This document shows positions 57,981-64,000 of a DNA stretch of 64,000 nt, piece by piece. The notes beneath the pieces are model-generated. The model worked only from the letters and a program-made list of their open reading frames with translations, did no database searches and was not told the DNA's origin. Location of the stretch: contig OX597820.1 of the NCBI GenBank assembly GCA_951406725.2, positions 9,300,001 through 9,364,000 of the forward strand, in the 5' to 3' direction. This DNA comes from Octopus vulgaris (Eukaryota). The stretch's first letter is position 1, and each line of letters starts with the position of its first letter. Both the position numbers and the translations under genes were made by a program.

Positions 57981-58681
57981 CTGGAACGAGACCTCAGCTG
58001 CATCCAATTGCCATGCGCAAGATCACAACGAGGCTCGCGATGGAAAACTCTATATAAAGGGAAAACCCGATTCAAATCTGTCTCTTTTTGGCGCCACTTT
58101 GTGAAGACCACCACTGGCTGGATCTATCTGTAGGTTGTATCTCCAGAGGCAATGCGCCCGCTCTAACGCTCACAGCTAAAGATGGTAGCTGAGAGCAGCA
58201 CACTTCACTTATCCTGTGAATCCTGTAAATAAACTACACGAAGAACAAAAAGATGATGGAAGAAGACGATATCCTTCCGATATCGTAAACCTCTCCTTCC
58301 ATTATATCTCCTACCGCTTCGGCCACCTTTAGGATGTCTCTTGCTGCTGATAGCATTCTGCATAGCATAATTTTTTCAGATTCAGTATAGCAGCATTAAC
58401 CGTATCTTCTGCGTTTAGTAATCTTTTGCCACCTCTCTTCTTTAGTAGGTAGAGTCAGTCAGTATTGCTTTTAGGGCGGAGTGCGTTGTGCATTGTGAGC
58501 GGCTTTCTAGCACTACCCAAGTTCTGCAGCTCGGCCTTCGTTCATTTCAGAAAGAGAACAGAGTACCCCAATATCGGTATAATAATGTTCCCTCCATTTA
58601 ATTCTCCTCTTGTACTCTCTTAGAGTCTTTCTCTCATTATTTCTCCTTCTATCATTGTCTTACGGCACTCCTAGATATTTG

Positions 58682-59265
58682 TGTTGTAGTGGAAATGGTA
58701 CACCCTTCTCACGGGACAAGCGGTATGATCCAGCCACTATAAAGTGAGACAACGTCTACCAGTACAGGAAGTCGTGTGTCAGTCGTTGTAGAGTCGTTGT
58801 ACGAGTTCTCAGTTGGAGCTAAGTATCAGTTACATGTTATAGTCGAGTTCGAGTTACAGTCAAGTTCATAGTCGCTGTCTTGCAGAGCTATCAGCGATAA
58901 CACGACAGACGAAGCGTTGTATTACCATCCCGGTATAGAAGAGATACACTGTATCTATTATTTACATTATTTACTTTTGACGGGTACCTTAAGAATGAGA
59001 ACCCAAGTTCGAAATTTCCCCATGACACCCGAAGAAGGCTGGAGGGTATATCAGCCAAAACGTTGTGTTAACAACAAACAAGATGAGGACAAATATCCGT
59101 TGAATGTAAATAATGTAAATAATGTAAATAATTCCTCATCTCTTAAATATAGAACTGTATACACTATCCGATACCAAGAAAATATCGTGGCTACTAGAGT
59201 AGATACAATAGACTCAGTCACAACAGTGGCCACACATTATAGCTGGAAAACACCACATCATAACA
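58682..59265. mobile_element. Solo LTR with a nested hammerhead-bearing element
   Basis: Starts TGTTGT and ends ATAACA, with a perfect 5-bp TSD ATTTG (58677-58681 and 59266-59270). Confidence 0.65.
59025..59068 (+). ncRNA. Degenerate hammerhead-like motif
   Basis: acac-CCGAAGA-a-ggcug...cagcc-AAAAC-GUU-gugu; G12 is mutated. Confidence 0.4.
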
Positions 59266-59950
59266 ATTTGTACACGTCATTATTCCACAGAGGCCAAATG
59301 GTGATACCCTGCGGTAATTTTATGCCATCAGAGTTTACCTCCTGACCTCTCTTTATAATTGGGTACTAAGCACTTATTTACCGCAATTTACATTCCAATA
59401 TCTTTTGTTGAATACTCTCATTGTTTGGATCAAGGAGTTGGCTCTGTCTCCTTTTCTGTACCCAACTTGACGTCATCCATAATAAAGTAGGTGATTTATT
59501 CTCATCCTGGATTCGGTAAACTCATAAGAATTCCCTCGACATACTTGTCAGAGGAATTAGCGCAAGGACGAAGAGTAATGGAGAGAGAGCGTGTTTCCCT
59601 GCGAAACGCCTCTACGTGTTTCCACGCTGTCTCGTGATTCACTTGCACATGTCAGATCTACATCCCACTCTCTCTTTGCTTTCTCCAAAAAGTTATCCTC
59701 TCATTGACTCCCAGTCTCTTCAAATACTCCAACAGCCAGCTGCGCGATACATTGTCGTTAAGCCTTTCTGTTATCTATACATCCTACAGCAAAACTCTTC
59801 GTCCTTATAATGAATATTCTAGTATAGCAGATCAACAGTTCCCTTTGATTTTTTTCTCACATCCTTTTCGTTCTTTTGGGAATAGATTCTCCTTTTCCAA
59901 GGAAGAGTATATACTTCATCTGTTATGAGGCCACTTATTAGTTTCTAGAC

Positions 59951-60031
59951 AATGATAATAATAATAATCATAATAATAATAATGATAATAATAATGATAA
60001 TAATGATAATAATGATAACAACAACAACAAC

Positions 60032-60082
<51 letters not shown>

Positions 60083-60154
60083 GATAATGATGATGATAAT
60101 AATAACAATAATAATAATAATAATAATACTAATACTAATACTAATAAAAATAAA

Positions 60155-60210
<56 letters not shown>

Positions 60211-60321
60211 TAATAATGATAATAATAATAATGATAACAACAACAACAACAATAATAATAATGATAATAATGATAATAACAACAACAACAACAACAATAA
60301 TAATAATAATAATACTAATAC

Positions 60322-60385
<64 letters not shown>
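59951..60385. repeat. (AAT)n/(AAC)n tract
   Basis: Directly visible. Confidence 0.95.
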
Positions 60386-60386
<1 letters not shown>

Positions 60387-60898
60387 GATCTTAACTGATT
60401 GGAAGTGTTATCATGTACGTTGTTTTGTCATGGTATAAAAGATGGGCTACAGCAAATATTCTGCTCAATACCACAGATTTGCTTGTTAGTTGTTTGACCG
60501 TAACCAGTTGAGCATGTCCCTTAGTGGCTGACAATATGTGCATCTCTGATCATGAGCAGAAGTAGTGGGGGAGCATCATAGCCATGTGTGTTGAAGGGGA
60601 TTCTTGGAGGTTTGAATAATTCACCTTTGGAAACATGGGTGGTTCGTTCAACATCCTTAAACAATCCTTATTCAGGGACCTTTTGAGCGGGATGGGCTAC
60701 TCGACCTGAAGAAAATTCTAACTGGGCCCCACCTACAAGTTCATGTGCTGTTTATCTTGATATGAGATATTCATGTGGCGCACATATGGTTGTGATGCAT
60801 GTGCCTAGTGTACCCTTATCAGAAGGGTAGTCATGATGGACTTCGTATATTTTACCCAAGTATCACTTTGATGGCATGCACTACTCTCTCACTCAATA

Positions 60899-60946
<48 letters not shown>

Positions 60947-60967
60947 GTAATAATAATAATAATAAAA

Positions 60968-61390
60968 ACAGCGACATTGCAAAATCCTGTGGGATGCAAT
61001 GACCCAGTGCGACCACCTGATCAGATATCGGAAACCGGACATTGTTGTGGTGAGTAAAAAACGAAAGAACGTGTGTGATAATCGACATAGTATATCCCAG
61101 TGACGACAGGATCGATGAAAAAGAAGAAGAAAAAATTAAACAGCTGGGAAATACGAAAGTTGTGGTCAGTGAGGAGAGTAGTCATTGGTGCACTTGGAAG
61201 TATCAGCACTCAACTACCAACACGGCTGAAAAAGATTGGTGCAAGTGTAAATCAGCATTGCTTCGACCTGCAAGAATTCTTTGCAGAGTTCTTGAAGCAT
61301 GACCAGTAAACAAGTGTCATCTTAGCCTGCAGGCTGTGGACAGCTGACACTTTCCATCATTCCCTGCAAAATAAGGTATGAGGTTTCATT
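60968..61390 (+). mobile_element. R4/Dong-type LINE 3' fragment (restriction-like endonuclease region)
   Basis: KILWDAMTQCDHLIRYRKPDIVVV, IIDIVYPSDDRIDEKEEEKI, VVIGALG and ARILCRVL, with frameshifts; sits in (TAA)n. Confidence 0.8.
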
Positions 61391-61479
61391 AAAAAAAAAA
61401 AAATAGTAATAATAACAATAATAATAATAATTATTATTATAATTATAATAATAATTATTATAATTATAATTATTATTAT

Positions 61480-61833
61480 TCTATGTTTGACTTTTGCTTT
61501 ACATTTGCACAAGCTGGCTCCAAGTCTCACCCAGAGACATCAAGAGACAACAAGTCGGAAGTTCGTGTTGGTGTTATGCCTAGGGTGCCATATATTTGGT
61601 TTTGTACTTAGTGTTGTACTAGTAAATGTCTAAAAAACCATACGAAAACTATGTTTTAAAACTTGAGATTGCATAGAAAGTATTTTGCGTAGGATATGAG
61701 CAGTTCCCATGAGCACTATCGTTTGAATTTCTGCCATTTTGGGGTTTCCTGGTATCTGAGTTAGGTAGCAATCAGCCCCTTTTGTTATAATTCCCAGGGC
61801 ACCTATGACAACAGGTATTGTTTTAGTCTTCAT
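61480..61833 (-). mobile_element. R4/Dong-type LINE 3' end and 3'UTR (3'UTR homologue also at ~29325-29555)
   Basis: MKTKTIPVVIGALGII...IQTIVLMGTAHILRKILS, flanked by TAA tracts. Confidence 0.8.
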
Positions 61834-61879
61834 TATTATTATAATTATAATTATTATTATTATTATTATTATTATTATT

Positions 61880-62410
61880 GAGTGAGAGAGCAGTGCATGC
61901 CATCAATGTGACACTGGGGTAAAATATACGAAGCCCATCTGATAAAGTACACCAGGCACATGCATCACAACCATATGTGCGCGACATGGTGATCTCATAT
62001 CAAGATAAACAGCACATGACCTTGCAGGTAGGGTCCAGGTAGAATTTTCTTCAGGTCGAGTAGTCCATCCTGCTCAAAAGGTCCCTGAATAAGGATTGTT
62101 TAAGGATGTTGAACGAACCACCCATGTTTCCAAAGGTGAATTATTCAAACCCCAAAGAATCCCTCTCAACACACGGCTATGATGCTCCCCCACTACTTCT
62201 GCTCGTGATTAGAGATGCACATATCGTCAGCCACTAAGGGACATGCTCAACTGGTTAAGGTCAAACAACTGACAAGCAAATCTGTGGTATTGAGCAGAAT
62301 ATTTGCTGTAACCCATCTTGTGTACCAAGACAACACAATGTGCATGATAACACTTCCAATCAGTTAAGATCAGGAGCCATGAGAGCCACTGTCTGGTACT
62401 GCATCAGGGC
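61880..62410 (-). mobile_element. (TAA)n-embedded non-coding retroelement, longest copy (others 28965-29286 +, 32139-32357 -, 60387-60894 +)
   Basis: Four copies share the 3' end ...ctctctcactc(AAT)n and have variable 5' ends. Confidence 0.75.
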
Positions 62411-62475
62411 ATTTATTATTATTATTATTGTTGTTGTTGCTGCTGTTGTTGTTGTTGTTACTGTTGTTGTTGTTG

Positions 62476-62553
<78 letters not shown>

Positions 62554-62899
62554 GAGGGTTTGAAGTGGTGAGTTGGCCGAATCGTTAGCACGTTAGAGAG
62601 AATCGTTAAACGTTCTGTGTTCAAATTTCGCCCAGGTTTTACTTTGCCTTTCATCTTTTCGTGGCCAATAAAATAAGTACCAGTTATGTTCCCCAAATTT
62701 ATGCCATGTGCCTTAAGTAGAAAGGATTATTATCATAGGGTTTGTAGATTAGCCGAATCAGTAGAGCGGTGGTGTTGATCCGGCACATATGTGGGTAACA
62801 TTCGGACAGCATTTCACCGAAGCATTGGATGGAGGTCGGAATTAGCGACGGTGAACTTTGCGATATGAAACTGATAACAGTGATTGATATATAGGTAAT

Positions 62900-63320
62900 A
62901 TATTTCTTTACTACCCACAAGGGGCTAAACACAGAGGGGACAAACAAGGACAGACAAAGGTATTAAGTCGATTACATCGATCCCAGTGCGTAACTGGTAC
63001 TTATTTAATCGACCCCGAAAGGATGAAAGGCAAAGTTGACCTCGGCGGAAGTTGAACTCAGAACGTAGCGGCAGACGAAATACCTATTTCTATTTCTTTA
63101 CTACCCACAAGGGGATAAACACAGAGAGGACAAACAAGGACAGACAAAGGTATTAAGTCGATTACATCGATCCCAGTGCGTAACTGGTACTTATTTAATC
63201 GACCCCGAAAGGATGAAAGGCAAAGTCGACCTAGGCGGAATTTGAACTCAGAACGTAACGGCAGACGAAATACGGCTACGCATTTCGTCCGGTGTGCTAA
63301 CGTTTCTGCCAGCTCGCCGC
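62900..63320 (-). mobile_element. Nin-domain SINE dimer with TSD-like attgatatataggtaata
   Basis: Head plus 2 units. attgatatataggtaata occurs on both sides (~62883 and ~63327). Confidence 0.85.
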
Positions 63321-63761
63321 TTTCAATTGATATATAGGTAATACTGTGAGACTGCACTAACGACGGGTTTCCCTAACTTGAAGATTTGCAAATTCATCTG
63401 TCTTGAAACGGGGTTTCCTATTATGCGAGCAGAGACGTGATATAATTACTGAAAAAGAATGTAAACAAGACACTGGTAAGTATATAAGGCGTTGGTCAAC
63501 CGGAAGGTGTGGTAGAGAACGTCGTCTCAAGGTTCCACCAAGTGGGATGAAACTCAAGACCACGCACACCAAGCCGGACAAACGGCTTGATACCATTCGC
63601 TGTTTAATAAGATTAGTATCTGCTGTGAATGTTTAGAGCTCTGAGAGTGTTCCTACTTGAACGGGACAACGAAGGAGCGGTTCACAAGTTGACATTATTT
63701 ATGCAGATGACGCAGGAGGAGCGAGCACTTAAATTTCGATATTGATATAAATGATAACAAA

Positions 63762-63816
<55 letters not shown>

Positions 63817-64000
63817 ATTCAAGAATTTGGACCTGGAGAACTCCATTTCCAGCGACTTCGAGGGCCACCTCCCAGTGGTGTCGGGCGTCAACGAAGAGCC
63901 CTCCACTACAACAAGACGACCAATTTTCCCCCCAGGTCTGGGGTCTCCCGCCCCTAAGCCCTAGACCATCCCCTAATCACCCTTACCCGTCTTGCTGGTT

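Larger units (their letters stand above)
56985..59940 (-). mobile_element. Fragmented R4/Dong-type (RLE) LINE relic, interrupted by SINEs and a solo LTR
   Basis: Minus-strand fragments NHLL.MDDVKL (~59465-59497), RKPLTMHNALRPKS..LYLLKKRGG (~58425-58510), DNRIDTKE and PVVISAL (~57435-57555). Flanked by (TAA)n tracts. Confidence 0.7.

Overview
This is AT-rich, microsatellite-dense eukaryotic DNA whose SINE families resemble those of Octopus (coleoid cephalopod); the organism is inferred, not proven. One host gene can be reconstructed on the minus strand: a 354-aa ETS-domain protein with coding exons 18226-18193, 13597-13396 and 12273-11445. It has probable 5'UTR exons at 29762-29606 and 23282-23093 and a TATA/Inr promoter carrying ETS and octamer sites near 29760-29870. 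Its ETS domain is divergent: the second invariant recognition-helix Arg is Gly. The rest of the window is transposon-derived: three tRNA-derived SINE families, RTE/BovB and R4/Dong LINE relics, a Penelope GIY-YIG relic, Helitron-like, hAT and mariner non-autonomous elements, and a solo LTR. Three observations stand out. First, about 12 hammerhead-ribozyme-like motifs sit in short, often fold-back, Penelope-like elements, including compensatory core variants (G3:C8, U3:A8). Second, Nin-SINE tandem arrays always join at the same point in the SINE head. Third, a 5'-truncated non-coding retroelement occurs only in (TAA)n tracts. Most ORFs in the supplied track are microsatellite or SINE artefacts. 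All calls were made by eye, and repeat boundaries are approximate.
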